53,969 bases of DNA from an archaeon (GCA_023259115.1 JAHFQW010000001.1:17929-71897), one strand, 5' to 3'; numbered from the stretch's first letter, positions 1 through 9,775 are shown. A program made the numbers and translations. The notes: a model not told the origin generated them from the letters alone.

Positions 1-238
1 TCGCATAAAAAACACAAAACAAATAATTAGGAAACTCCTCTACTTTAACTCGGGTATTTGAACTAATCAAATCTTCTTGCGTTAACGGATGCAAATCAAA
101 TTCTTTACCCAAAAAATCCGCATCGTCTTTGGTAATATGCGTAATATCAATCCACAGAGGCATCATTTTACAGCTGCTAAGATTTTCAACACTACCCCTC
201 TTAACCTCTCCATCTTCAAAATAAAAAATATCAATCAT
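1..238 (-). CDS. corA: CorA-family Mg2+ transporter, N-terminal part (runs off window)
   Basis: Manual translation from ATG at 238: MIDIFYFEDG...LWIDITHITKDDADFLGKEFDLHPLTQEDLISSNTRVKVEEFPNYLFCVF. The WID...FxLHPLxxED...RxKxE pattern is typical of the CorA N-domain. Confidence 0.85.
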   Translation of the reverse strand, partial: MIDIFYFEDGEVKRGSVENLSSCKMMPLWIDITHITKDDADFLGKEFDLHPLTQEDLISSNTRVKVEEFPNYLFCVFYA

Positions 239-365
239 TGACCTATAACATGCTAATCTCTATTATAAAGTTATGCCAAAAAAAAGTCTGTCCAGAAAGC
301 CACCATTCTAGACAGAACTCCAAAAAAGAAAAAGCATTTATACTCCAAAATAAACATCCCACCAC

Positions 366-1118
366 ATGAAAAAAAAGACCAAACACCTAAAAAAAATAAA
401 ACAACAGAAAGTAAATACAAACATCCCCCTCCCCCCCACACAACGCCCCATCATCACAAAAATCAAATTAATCACAACAACTCTACTCCAAAATATTCCC
501 CTCTTCTGGGAAAAAATAAAATACCACAAACGCCGCAACCTGCTCTCAAAAAAAGATATTTTCAAAATATATCTCAAAATTAGAAAAGGTGACATCATTC
601 TCGCAGGCAACTTAAAAAGTCCAACAAATCTTCTCATCGCCGGAGCAGTAACTCACGCCGCCCTCTATTTAGGCAGAGGAAAAATCATCCATGCCATAGG
701 ATCTGGTGTAGAATATACTAAACTAAGACATTTTGTCAAAACCTATGACACCATCGCCTTACTTCGGCTTCCCAAAAAAATACCTCAACGTCGCCATATT
801 ATCAAAAACGCCATTCATTACGCAAAACAACAACTAGGCCAACCTTATGATAATTTCTTTCAACGTGAATCAAAACACTTCTTCTGCACAGGTCTAGTCA
901 ACACCTCATTCCAAAAAGCAGGATATAAAACAGGACTTGAAAATATCAAGCCATTTCGCTCAACTTTAAGTAAAATTGAAAAAGAATTTCTCATTGTAGA
1001 TCATTGGCTCAAACCAGCCGAATTTGTGTATGGTAACTTCTCGATCATCTTCATCTCACACAACCTCGCTTACAATGGCAAAGAAATACTCATTCGAGCC
1101 GATGCCTTGACAAAATAA
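366..1118 (+). CDS. Permuted papain-like NlpC/P60 amidase (YiiX/YaeF-like)
   Basis: GDIIL...HAALYLG...IIHA...QPYD...FFCTGLV: His precedes the catalytic Cys, as in permuted NlpC/P60 proteins. Confidence 0.75.
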   Translation: MKKKTKHLKKIKQQKVNTNIPLPPTQRPIITKIKLITTTLLQNIPLFWEKIKYHKRRNLLSKKDIFKIYLKIRKGDIILAGNLKSPTNLLIAGAVTHAALYLGRGKIIHAIGSGVEYTKLRHFVKTYDTIALLRLPKKIPQRRHIIKNAIHYAKQQLGQPYDNFFQRESKHFFCTGLVNTSFQKAGYKTGLENIKPFRSTLSKIEKEFLIVDHWLKPAEFVYGNFSIIFISHNLAYNGKEILIRADALTK

Positions 1119-1169
1119 GAGAAAAGAGTGTAAAAATCAAATTTTTAAAACGAAAACCTCTATGATACC

Positions 1170-2255
1170 TCACCCTAACCTATCCAAAATATCATGTGCA
1201 TTCATTGCATTCAAATAATCAACAAACTCTCGATTCTCATCACGTAGCAACAACTTCATCCGAAGCCCATCTCGCTCTACATTTGACACTCTCGCCATCT
1301 TATCCACCAAAATCAACCCATAAGGATACCCTAAGAACAACGCATCGCAGCTATTCTGCGCTAAATACCCTAACACCTCACAACAACCTTCAAATCGAAA
1401 AATATGCCGAGATTTAGCATGCAATCGCACAAAATAAATCTGCTCATCAACATGATAACTCCAACACTCCGGCAGCGGACTCAACGCTCGCAGCAACACC
1501 ACCGGATTATTGCCACATGTAGTAAATAAGGAACAACTCTTCGCAAGCGCACACACCTTCTCACCTAAAGCTCTGCGATACTTCTCCTCAGATGGATACT
1601 TCACATCTAACGTTCCATCCAACACCACATAATCAACTCTCATTGCCATACGAGACGCCAACTTCAACTCCCCCAATCGTCGAGCCATATTCGCAACACT
1701 ACTAATAGCTGCCCTCTCCCCTCCACCATTAATTGATGTATCATGAGAACAAATCACTAAATCTTCTTCATCAACCAAACAACCACCTACCTCATCACCA
1801 CAATTATTGATATCACCATTATTAATATCACCATTAGTAATAACACCCTTATTCGCACCCTCCTCCGTAACATTATCACAAGCATTATCCCCATTATTTC
1901 CTCTCTGCATCGGAAAAATCTTGCTCTCATACCAAATATCGCCTCTCTTATACACCGCCGTTGTCAGCACATAAAACTCATGCATCTCGCTACCTATCTT
2001 CGCTGAACCTCGCATCACCTGCCCAAACACCCGAATAAAACTCAAACAGATATTTCCCCCAGATAGAATCTCCGCCTGCCCTCCATCCACATACGCAATT
2101 GTCTTCAAACCCGTCACAGTTAAACTACTAACTTGCCCAATGGGCTCAAACTTCTCCTGCACAATGGGCATAACTTTATTCTTAAACACCAAATCATCTG
2201 TTAAAAAAAAAACTTTCAACTTCTGCCGTAAATGCGCTGAGATTTGTGATAACAT
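1170..2255 (-). CDS. nurA: NurA-family 5'-3' nuclease
   Basis: AYVDGGQ, RRLGE, VVLDGTL, ALAKS and GYPYGLILVDKMARVS motifs. AGGGG immediately precedes the ATG. Confidence 0.8.
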   Translation of the reverse strand: MLSQISAHLRQKLKVFFLTDDLVFKNKVMPIVQEKFEPIGQVSSLTVTGLKTIAYVDGGQAEILSGGNICLSFIRVFGQVMRGSAKIGSEMHEFYVLTTAVYKRGDIWYESKIFPMQRGNNGDNACDNVTEEGANKGVITNGDINNGDINNCGDEVGGCLVDEEDLVICSHDTSINGGGERAAISSVANMARRLGELKLASRMAMRVDYVVLDGTLDVKYPSEEKYRRALGEKVCALAKSCSLFTTCGNNPVVLLRALSPLPECWSYHVDEQIYFVRLHAKSRHIFRFEGCCEVLGYLAQNSCDALFLGYPYGLILVDKMARVSNVERDGLRMKLLLRDENREFVDYLNAMNAHDILDRLG

Positions 2256-2306
2256 CCCCTAATAAATAAAAATGCTAGTTAAATAACTTTTGTTTGAAAG
2301 TAAACA

Positions 2307-2430
2307 GGCTAATATGAAACCCTCCCGCTCACTTGCTCTAATCAATGTAAATTTGAATGGAGCACCGAGTGTTGTCTAACGAGACACCAGACTAGTTCGC
2401 TGGCCCTTTGGCGAGGGTTTCATATTAGCC
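2307..2430. mobile_element. 124-bp MITE with 18-bp perfect TIRs and 9-bp TSD
   Basis: GGCTAATATGAAACCCTC (2307-2324) and its exact reverse complement (2413-2430), flanked by the direct repeat AAGTAAACA at 2298-2306 and 2431-2439. Confidence 0.85.
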
Positions 2431-2516
2431 AAGTAAACACATACATTTATAACTAAACCTCCATATTACAGAACATAACATTTTCTCAAAGAGATAGATG
2501 TCTAGGAGGCGCCATA

Positions 2517-2639
2517 ATGCCAAAAATGCAATTAAAACATAAATGTAAAATATGTAAACAAGAATGGATTCTAGTCAAAGCACGTGAACCTATTATCTGC
2601 ACAAAATGTAAAGATCGCAGAAAACAATACACGAATTAA
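2517..2639 (+). CDS. 40-aa zinc-ribbon microprotein (not in ORF track)
   Basis: MPKMQLKHKCKICKQEWILVKAREPIICTKCKDRRKQYTN has two CxxC motifs, an AGGAGG RBS upstream and a TTTATAA box at ~2446. Confidence 0.75.
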   Translation: MPKMQLKHKCKICKQEWILVKAREPIICTKCKDRRKQYTN

Positions 2640-2707
2640 AAAACTAATTAATGAGAAATAATTTTTCTACAGATTTCACACACACCCAAAAAATAGAACC
2701 TAAAGGA

Positions 2708-3754
2708 CTACTTTATCGCTCTCAGAGAATACCATTTTCCATTCGTTACTCTTCCATTATTTAATAGAATCTCCGCTGATTTTTGCCACACCAAATCTAG
2801 ATGAAAACGTTCACGCCTAAAATATTGTTCTATATCCAAATCAGACTCAAAAGGGTAAAAATGATCATGATTTGCAAAAGTCTGCATACAACTCATCAAA
2901 TCTCTTCTTGCGTTACTCATTTCCCCTTTATAAGAATTCACAAGACTAAGAAAATAGGGTAAGAGATTAGGTTTCACATTAGAATTAACACATAACTCTT
3001 CATCCACAAAATGTGCTCCATGTTTTAATCCACGCTGAATCTTGCATATCACTTCAGACTTATCATAGGAGCGAATATGCGTAAAAAAAAGATGCGTTGC
3101 CACCATATCCCATATATTTTCATCAATACCTAATCTATGAAGAATATTTCCCTGCCTATATTCAATTTTCACTCCATATAATTCATTTCCACAATACTTC
3201 TGTGCAATCTCCAGAGGGTTCTCATTAAAATCAAATGCACAAATCGTTGGATTTTTTACATCTGCCACATGGAGCATAGCTGCTAGATTTTCCAGTGAAT
3301 AAATCGTTGAAAAACCTAACAACAAAACTCTAGGATTTTCAATCAATTTATCATGTAAATCAGTAATAGCTCTCTTAAAAATCGCTGTACCCCCTGGATA
3401 ACCCAGCGTACTTGCACCTCTCTGTAACGTATAATACACCAACGCCGCCCTATGATACGCATCTTTACCAACTAACGCCCCATCTGCCATTTGCAATGCC
3501 CCCTGCTGTCGCAACAAACTCAAAGAGGATTGAACTTGTTCAGCTTGTGAAGAAGAAAAACGATGAGATAACAATGCCAGTTCTTTTTGTAAATCAACTG
3601 ATTTATAAAAATCTTGGAATCTTCCTCTGTGAAAATCCACCTCCACATCACTAGCCATTCTCCTCAAATCGTCTTGCGAACTCAACTGCTCATACGTTCT
3701 ACCATTAAATACAACAGCATTCTCTAACCGCACCGGAAATGTATCTGTACCCAT
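2708..3754 (-). CDS. Class I SAM-dependent methyltransferase-like protein
   Basis: C-terminal RVLLLG...AFDFNENPLEIAQ...YRQGNIL...WDMVATHLFFTHI...LKHGAHFV pattern; motif I is degenerate. Confidence 0.55.
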   Translation of the reverse strand: MGTDTFPVRLENAVVFNGRTYEQLSSQDDLRRMASDVEVDFHRGRFQDFYKSVDLQKELALLSHRFSSSQAEQVQSSLSLLRQQGALQMADGALVGKDAYHRAALVYYTLQRGASTLGYPGGTAIFKRAITDLHDKLIENPRVLLLGFSTIYSLENLAAMLHVADVKNPTICAFDFNENPLEIAQKYCGNELYGVKIEYRQGNILHRLGIDENIWDMVATHLFFTHIRSYDKSEVICKIQRGLKHGAHFVDEELCVNSNVKPNLLPYFLSLVNSYKGEMSNARRDLMSCMQTFANHDHFYPFESDLDIEQYFRRERFHLDLVWQKSAEILLNNGRVTNGKWYSLRAIK

Positions 3755-3852
3755 AAACCACCCTCAGAAATCACCTCTTTATTAATCTGATTAGACATTA
3801 TTCACTACTTTAATTGAATAAAGCTTATAAACTAATTTTGTAAACCCTAATT

Positions 3853-5175
3853 ATGTTGCCAGAAGACTCCCGTAACTTTGTTGTAAATGAATGGTTTAAT
3901 TCTCATTGGCAAAGGTATAAACAACATATTCTCATCAGCCCTGATTCTTTTGAAAAAAACTATACTACCCAATATACACCACAATATACTCCACAACAAA
4001 GCAATACACAATCCCAAAATCGCCTAGAAGCCAAACGAAATCATATCAGTAAACCATTTCAAAGCGTCGGGCAATTAGGTGATACGCTCAAAGATATATC
4101 CTCTTCAGATTATTATTTCCGTTATGGCAGTAGCATTGAAAGAGAATTACGCCGTACCCTCACTCATCTCGAAGTTGGATATGCCCAAAATAACCAAGAT
4201 CATCTTGACACAACTATCCATAATTCTGGTATGAGCGCCATTTCCAGTTTAGTTTTAGCCTTACGAAAAAAAATTCCCAACGCCCAAGATCTTAAATTTA
4301 TGGTTGGAGCAAATTCCTATCAAGACACCAAAAATTTCTTTGAATACATTGTTCCGACACTTGGATTTGGCCCATCCATTTTTGTTGAGGTAAATAACCT
4401 TGAAAGCATCAGCACCCCTCTGATGTACAACCCAAATAAAATTATCGCTTTTATCTGTGAAAACCTAAGCAGCCCGTACATGGAATATACCAACATAAGA
4501 CAACTAACAACCCTCGTACAATCATATAACGTACCCCTAATTATCGACGCCACCCTTCTTCCTGCATTTCTCCAGCAGCCTTTTCGTCTTGGTGCTGATA
4601 TCGTTATTCGCAGCATGACCAAATACGAAAGCGGACAAGGTGACATCAAAGCTGGCTCTCTTACAGGTCCAAAACAAGTAATACAAGAGATACGTCAAAT
4701 GCAGCGCTACGTTGATACCCTTCCATCAATAACCGAACTAATCTCCTTTCAAGAGCGACTGACAACCCTCCCAGAACGACTACATCAACATCTCGACAAC
4801 CTTCAAGAAATGAAAAAATTTCTAGAAACCCATCCGCTCATCGAACGCACCTACTACCCCATGCCTCTCGAATCTGTTCGCTACGCTCAACCAGGAGGCA
4901 TGCTAAGCTTCCAGTTTAAAGGAACACCCCAAGAAAAAGAAACACGAGAAAAAAACTTAATGCAACAGCTCATTAACCACAACCATTACCCCATCTCTTA
5001 TGAAGTGAGTTTTGGCTCCCAAAAATGGTCCATGCTCGGTTTATCAACATTAGGAATAACATCTATAACCCAACCAAATCATTATCCCCCAGGTTTAGTA
5101 CGAGTAGCTATAGGAAGAGAGCCATCAGCCTCACAAGTAATTTCATTTCTTGAGAAAATACTCAGAGAGATATAA
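3853..5175 (+). CDS. PLP-dependent Cys/Met metabolism enzyme (cystathionine gamma-lyase/synthase-like)
   Basis: YFRYG, SGMSAI, ENLSSP, IDAT, LGADIVIRSMTKY (PLP Lys), GGMLSF, VSFG and LVRVAIGRE motifs. Confidence 0.8.
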   Translation: MLPEDSRNFVVNEWFNSHWQRYKQHILISPDSFEKNYTTQYTPQYTPQQSNTQSQNRLEAKRNHISKPFQSVGQLGDTLKDISSSDYYFRYGSSIERELRRTLTHLEVGYAQNNQDHLDTTIHNSGMSAISSLVLALRKKIPNAQDLKFMVGANSYQDTKNFFEYIVPTLGFGPSIFVEVNNLESISTPLMYNPNKIIAFICENLSSPYMEYTNIRQLTTLVQSYNVPLIIDATLLPAFLQQPFRLGADIVIRSMTKYESGQGDIKAGSLTGPKQVIQEIRQMQRYVDTLPSITELISFQERLTTLPERLHQHLDNLQEMKKFLETHPLIERTYYPMPLESVRYAQPGGMLSFQFKGTPQEKETREKNLMQQLINHNHYPISYEVSFGSQKWSMLGLSTLGITSITQPNHYPPGLVRVAIGREPSASQVISFLEKILREI

Positions 5176-5224
5176 CATTAAATGTAACGAATACCACAAA
5201 AACGTATCAAAGAAAATAAAAATA

Positions 5225-5335
5225 AGCCCCTGGCGAGATTTGAACTCGCGACCTCGTCCTCATTGTCTTTTCATTAAAAACATCTTTCCAACAAAACATA
5301 CCAAGGACGCGCTATAGCCACTAAGCCACAGGGGC
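5225..5335 (-). tRNA. tRNA-Thr(GGT) with 38-nt intron at 37/38 (5261-5298)
   Basis: GCCCCTG/CAGGGGC acceptor, CGTCC-TTGGTA|A-GGACG anticodon arm, GCGAG-TTCAAAT-CTCGC T arm. No encoded CCA. Confidence 0.93.
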
Positions 5336-5422
5336 AATTAGTGAATAAAAATTATACATTGTTTAAAAACTTAACCTTTTCAATTTTTATTGGCAACACT
5401 ATCTAAAAAAAGAAAAAATGAG

Positions 5423-5547
5423 TGCCGGGGAAGGGATTTGAACCCTCGAACCCACTAAGAGACAGGATATCTTCTCTTCTGCACAAACAGAAGTGTCTTT
5501 CTGGGTACTTAAGTCCTGCGCATTTGGCCAAGCTTTGCTACCCCGGC
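5423..5547 (-). tRNA. tRNA-Leu(TAA) with 39-nt intron at 37/38 (5469-5507)
   Basis: GCCGGGG/CCCCGGC acceptor, CAGGA-CTTAAG|A-TCCTG anticodon arm, long variable arm, GAGGG-TTCAAAT-CCCTT T arm. Confidence 0.93.
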
Positions 5548-5625
5548 AAGATATCCTCTCATGAAAGAACCTCGTTTAAAAACCTTTTCTTTCTAATTGA
5601 GAATTTTAACTCATCCCCTTGGAAA

Positions 5626-6438
5626 TTAACACAATTTTCTCAACTTTTCCACCAGCAGCTCATGATACACCCCATTACTCACCAAAATTCCATTATTAAA
5701 ATTAGGATCAGACACATTATACTTCAACATCTTCCCCTCTAAATCAGTTATTCGACCGCCCGCTTCCCGTAAAATAACCTCCACCGCACAACTATCCCAC
5801 GCATTACACTTATTACCCAATTTAACATACACATCTCCTCTTCCTTCCACAACTGCCAACACTTTTGCCGTAAAACTTCCTATCGGTCCATATCGCGCTG
5901 ACAAATCTAAACCAGAATAGAAGCGTTCCATCTCACTAAAAGAATGTGAACCCAAAACACCTACCAAATCAGCACCCGCCCGAGAACTCACTGCAAGAGG
6001 ATACTCCACCCCTGCAGAAATATCTCTTAATTTAGCACCCTTTGTAGATGAACCGTAAAAAAGTTTACTATATGCTGGTTGATAGACAACCCCTAGTTGA
6101 GGAACATTATCGCAAGCCACAAACCCAACCGAAATTCCATACTCTTTTTCCCCTGCAAGATACCCGCGTGTTCCATCTATTGGATCAACCCACCAAAAAC
6201 CTTGCGCAGAACCTCGCGAAATTGGATCATCTACCTCTTCACTAAACACCAAAAATCCCGTTCTCTCTAAAATACGTTTAATCTCTTCCCCCACCACCAC
6301 ATCAGGCTCACGAACTAAACGTGAATCAGACCGATTCAAGAGAACAGACTGATGCAAAAGAGTATTTCTCTGAATAAGACAATTCCCTCCCGCAAAAACC
6401 GCGTCCCACGCCGCATGCATCAACAAATTCTCATCCAT
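5626..6438 (-). CDS. 3'(2'),5'-bisphosphate nucleotidase / inositol monophosphatase family (CysQ-like)
   Basis: SEE, WWVDPIDGTRGY, AWDSCA and EAGGRITD motifs. Confidence 0.88.
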   Translation of the reverse strand: MDENLLMHAAWDAVFAGGNCLIQRNTLLHQSVLLNRSDSRLVREPDVVVGEEIKRILERTGFLVFSEEVDDPISRGSAQGFWWVDPIDGTRGYLAGEKEYGISVGFVACDNVPQLGVVYQPAYSKLFYGSSTKGAKLRDISAGVEYPLAVSSRAGADLVGVLGSHSFSEMERFYSGLDLSARYGPIGSFTAKVLAVVEGRGDVYVKLGNKCNAWDSCAVEVILREAGGRITDLEGKMLKYNVSDPNFNNGILVSNGVYHELLVEKLRKLC

Positions 6439-6469
6439 ATTTCATCAACCAAATATTTTTCAAAACAAA

Positions 6470-7993
6470 TTAGCCCCTCCCTAATACCTCGGCACCTTTA
6501 CCACGATAGCGTTCTAATGGAGGCATAATATAGGTACTATGAATCAAATGACGTACCATTTCCAAAAATTCATTTAACTTCTCTTTTCTCGCTTTGTGCG
6601 CCCCAGAAAGCAAAGCATTACCATCACCAATTGTATAGAAAGGAATTGTTTCCTCTAAACTAATAATTCTATCATACTTAAAACGTACATCCCTCTCTTT
6701 GGTAGAAGAATACCCCTCAAATGCCGGATGTCCCTCTGTAAATCTCTCTACATCAGCGGATTCATAATCCATATTCCGTGACGCAATGCGAATTGACTGC
6801 ATAACCCGAGTCGCAATACACCCTGCCAAAAAATCAGGAAACGAAGGATAAGCTTTTTTCACACCCTCCTGCTTATTCCAAAAATATTCCACTAACCTCG
6901 GCACCCTACTCTCGCGAGGATTACTATACAAATTAAATAACGCCAAAGAAACATCAATATGGGGATACCCCACTCGACACTCATTAAAATCAAGAATTGT
7001 TCCTAACTTTTCTGGATCATACAATACATTATGGGGTCCAAAATCACCATGCACAATACGTAATTTTTTTTGTTCTAACTGCTCAACCAGCGATAACGCT
7101 CGCAATTTCCCGCTCCCATTATCTTCACCAGAAACAATTTCCCCATACAATCCTTTAAATTTCTCAACAAAATCATGAAAATCAATATTCTTAGAGAGTA
7201 AATACTTTTTAATTTCTTTTTTTGCCACATTCCATAACGCTTTACGCTCATCCGGATTTTTGGGAATATTACCCACGCCATAAAACTCGGGGTGGCCCAG
7301 TTTAAATTCCTCACTGCCACCATACACTAACTTTAATAAATAATGGCGCAAACGTGTATCCTCTTCTTCTAAAGAACGTAACCCAATACCAGAAGAAAGA
7401 ACACTATATCTACGTAAAGTATACTCTGTTTTTTTCTCATGAATCAACGCTCTTGTCGCTTTAGCGCTCAAGTCCTCTGTTTGATTATAGAACTCCACCA
7501 AATGCTCTAAGAGACGTTCTCGAAGCGTATTCTTTTTAACCTCTTTATCACGAGGTGACAATCGTTCTGATAATTCTTCCGAAAGCGCTTTCTTATCCAC
7601 ATCCAATAATTTTTTACTAAACGCCTCCCCTTCCACATAATCCATAATAATCACTAAATGCTCCGGCATAATTCCTAATAGGGGAGGAACAATCTTAGAA
7701 TTACACAGAACCTCTAATAATCCTGTCTCTTTAAAAAAATAAGACCGATCCGGCCTCGAATTATAGCTTGAACCAGAAAGAACCGTGAGTAAATTACTCT
7801 GCTTTCCTCTTTTATCTAAAGCCGGCTGAGGTGACCAAGAAGCTGAATATGACTTTAAAACAACCTCTTTATCTAAAACTGTGTCCCACATAGCATAAAC
7901 AACTGAAGTAGAAGAACGTGACAAAAGTCTAGGTTTAATTAATCTATCTTCTAAGAGGCGTGGATTCCAGCGTTCTACCATATTCCTCCTCAA
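6470..7993 (-). CDS. Kinase-fold phosphotransferase (APH/choline-kinase-like) with large insert
   Basis: VVLKSY, IMDYVEG, HGDFGPHNVL and ILDF motifs. Confidence 0.7.
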   Translation of the reverse strand: MRRNMVERWNPRLLEDRLIKPRLLSRSSTSVVYAMWDTVLDKEVVLKSYSASWSPQPALDKRGKQSNLLTVLSGSSYNSRPDRSYFFKETGLLEVLCNSKIVPPLLGIMPEHLVIIMDYVEGEAFSKKLLDVDKKALSEELSERLSPRDKEVKKNTLRERLLEHLVEFYNQTEDLSAKATRALIHEKKTEYTLRRYSVLSSGIGLRSLEEEDTRLRHYLLKLVYGGSEEFKLGHPEFYGVGNIPKNPDERKALWNVAKKEIKKYLLSKNIDFHDFVEKFKGLYGEIVSGEDNGSGKLRALSLVEQLEQKKLRIVHGDFGPHNVLYDPEKLGTILDFNECRVGYPHIDVSLALFNLYSNPRESRVPRLVEYFWNKQEGVKKAYPSFPDFLAGCIATRVMQSIRIASRNMDYESADVERFTEGHPAFEGYSSTKERDVRFKYDRIISLEETIPFYTIGDGNALLSGAHKARKEKLNEFLEMVRHLIHSTYIMPPLERYRGKGAEVLGRG

Positions 7994-8029
7994 AAGCGAG
8001 CATATTTATAAACCTTTTGAGAGTAATTA

Positions 8030-8989
8030 CTATGGAGTGAAATCAGATTGATATACTACTCGCGCCAAATTATGAACTCCGCTGATAATAGATTTTAACC
8101 TCTCCACCAGCATCCCTAAATTCTCAACTTTCTTATTCTCCGAATAAAACAACTCACACGCTCGAATAACCTCATCTTTAGATTCAAGCATCACGTGCGC
8201 TAAATCCTCATCATGTGTATAAAACGCTTTCATCACACCAACATAATTCTCTTTTGCTCCACCCAATAATTTTAAAAACATCTCTTGCTGTTTCTTATCA
8301 AATCTCACCTGTTTCATATAACGCGCAATACGTTTAACCTCATCCGCCGTAGACTCCAAATTAAACGAAAACCACCACAAATGCAACAACTGCTGACAAG
8401 TAAGATTATGTTTTTTCAGCATAAAAGACGCATTACCCATCCCAAATTCCACCACTCGAAAAATCAGAAAAACTAAACGATTAACATCATTATCTCTCAA
8501 AGAAATACTGGCATAATTATCCTCTATAAACATCTTCTCGCAATCCTCAATCATTGCTCGCAAAATAACATCCACTTTACGTAATAGATTGATAATCGAA
8601 ATGTTATTCATATCCAAAAAATCACGCGCCGCAATTTTCTTAGACGTCTGCTCCATAATTTCCAGCGCCATAAGATTTTGGATAATATTTTGAATCTCTT
8701 TTGCTTTATCCTTAACTTCATTACCTATCAGAACAATCGACTTATAATCTTTAATATACGCAGAAATAATCTCTCGCTGAATTCGTCGTATAGATTTCCC
8801 ATCCACCGCAATCGTCTTAACTCTCTCCTCAACTTCTTTATCATTTTTGATAGATAACAACAGATTACTGCTCGTCTCTTCCATCGACACCAAATCGCCT
8901 TTTTGCAGTTTATTTTGCCTCACCCAATTCTTAGGCAACGACACCACAAAACTATTTTTTCCAAATGAGATTAATTTTCGATATTCCAT
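8030..8989 (-). CDS. AbrB/SpoVT-PhoU phosphate uptake regulator
   Basis: N-terminal RKLISFGKNSFVVSLPKNWVRQNKLQKGD (AbrB-type), followed by PhoU repeats (RDNDVNRL, LESTADE). Confidence 0.88.
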   Translation of the reverse strand: MEYRKLISFGKNSFVVSLPKNWVRQNKLQKGDLVSMEETSSNLLLSIKNDKEVEERVKTIAVDGKSIRRIQREIISAYIKDYKSIVLIGNEVKDKAKEIQNIIQNLMALEIMEQTSKKIAARDFLDMNNISIINLLRKVDVILRAMIEDCEKMFIEDNYASISLRDNDVNRLVFLIFRVVEFGMGNASFMLKKHNLTCQQLLHLWWFSFNLESTADEVKRIARYMKQVRFDKKQQEMFLKLLGGAKENYVGVMKAFYTHDEDLAHVMLESKDEVIRACELFYSENKKVENLGMLVERLKSIISGVHNLARVVYQSDFTP

Positions 8990-9192
8990 AAAGCCCTCCT
9001 AAATAATATACCCTCAACAACAATTACCCTTGCCTAATCATTCAAAGTATTGATTGTTTAACAATAAAGATACTTTAGTGATAAACATATACCCCCTATA
9101 TAGTATTAGAGAAAAGTATTTATATTTAAATGTTTTGTAACTATAATACAAGCGTAAAGCGCAAGCTCTAACTAAAACGGGGGGGTGGACAT

Positions 9193-9438
9193 ATGGAACT
9201 AAATGCAAAACTAAGCTTGTATCTCAAAAAAGATACAAAACAGTCAAGCCATAAACCAAGTGGCATGGAACAAGAGAGACAAAGTAGCCTTGAGAGTATT
9301 TACACCAAAAGTTATCGTGAATCACTTCTTGACGCCGATGAGCTAAGCAGTGAAGAAGAAGGTTTTATGCAAGGCTATGAAGAAGAGGATGAAACCAATC
9401 AGTTCATACATAAAAAAAACTACGAAGAGATAATCTAA
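9193..9438 (+). CDS. Small acidic hypothetical protein
   Basis: 81-aa ORF with GGGGTGG RBS; contains LLDADELSSEEEGFMQGYEEE. Confidence 0.6.
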   Translation: MELNAKLSLYLKKDTKQSSHKPSGMEQERQSSLESIYTKSYRESLLDADELSSEEEGFMQGYEEEDETNQFIHKKNYEEII

Positions 9439-9468
9439 CCTCATCACTCAAAGAAATCGGGTGATGAA

Positions 9469-9675
9469 ATGAGCATAAAGATACTCTTAGGACTGGAAAA
9501 TAGTGCTTTTACAGAAGAAGAAATAATGCAACAAATCCAATACTGTGAGCAACACCAAAAAGAGAGTATAGAATTCTCAACAAAAGAGGGCATAATCCAT
9601 ATCAAAATATCACCCATAAACCACAAAGGTATCATGGACGGCTATGACAACTATTACAAAACCGGCGAAATATAG
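9469..9675 (+). CDS. Small hypothetical protein
   Basis: 68-aa ORF with GGTGA RBS. Confidence 0.6.
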   Translation: MSIKILLGLENSAFTEEEIMQQIQYCEQHQKESIEFSTKEGIIHIKISPINHKGIMDGYDNYYKTGEI

Positions 9676-9699
9676 AGGGGTTTGACAAGCCCTTCTATA
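9671..9699. repeat. Short TATAG...CTATA palindromic repeat (family C)
   Basis: TATAGAGGGGTTTGACAAGCCCTTCTATA, related to 20298-20345, 37284-37311 and 42626-42685. Overlaps the TAG stop of the upstream ORF. Confidence 0.7.
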
Positions 9700-9775
9700 A
9701 ATGTAACAACCCAGAATTAGAAAAACAGAGGATAGACAGAAAACTCTTTAAACACCCAACTACTTCTTAACATTA

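Noticed and set aside
287-316. Imperfect hairpin TCTGTCCAGAA/TTCTAGACAGA
   Set aside because: Single short hairpin with no family resemblance or second copy.
2307-2430. 5S rRNA, SRP RNA or RNase P RNA
   Set aside because: The size resembles 5S, but it lacks their conserved motifs. The exact 9-bp flanking duplication points to an insertion element.
5422-5742. 106-aa ORF on + strand
   Set aside because: It is antisense to tRNA-Leu and overlaps the CysQ-like gene, so it is a shadow ORF.
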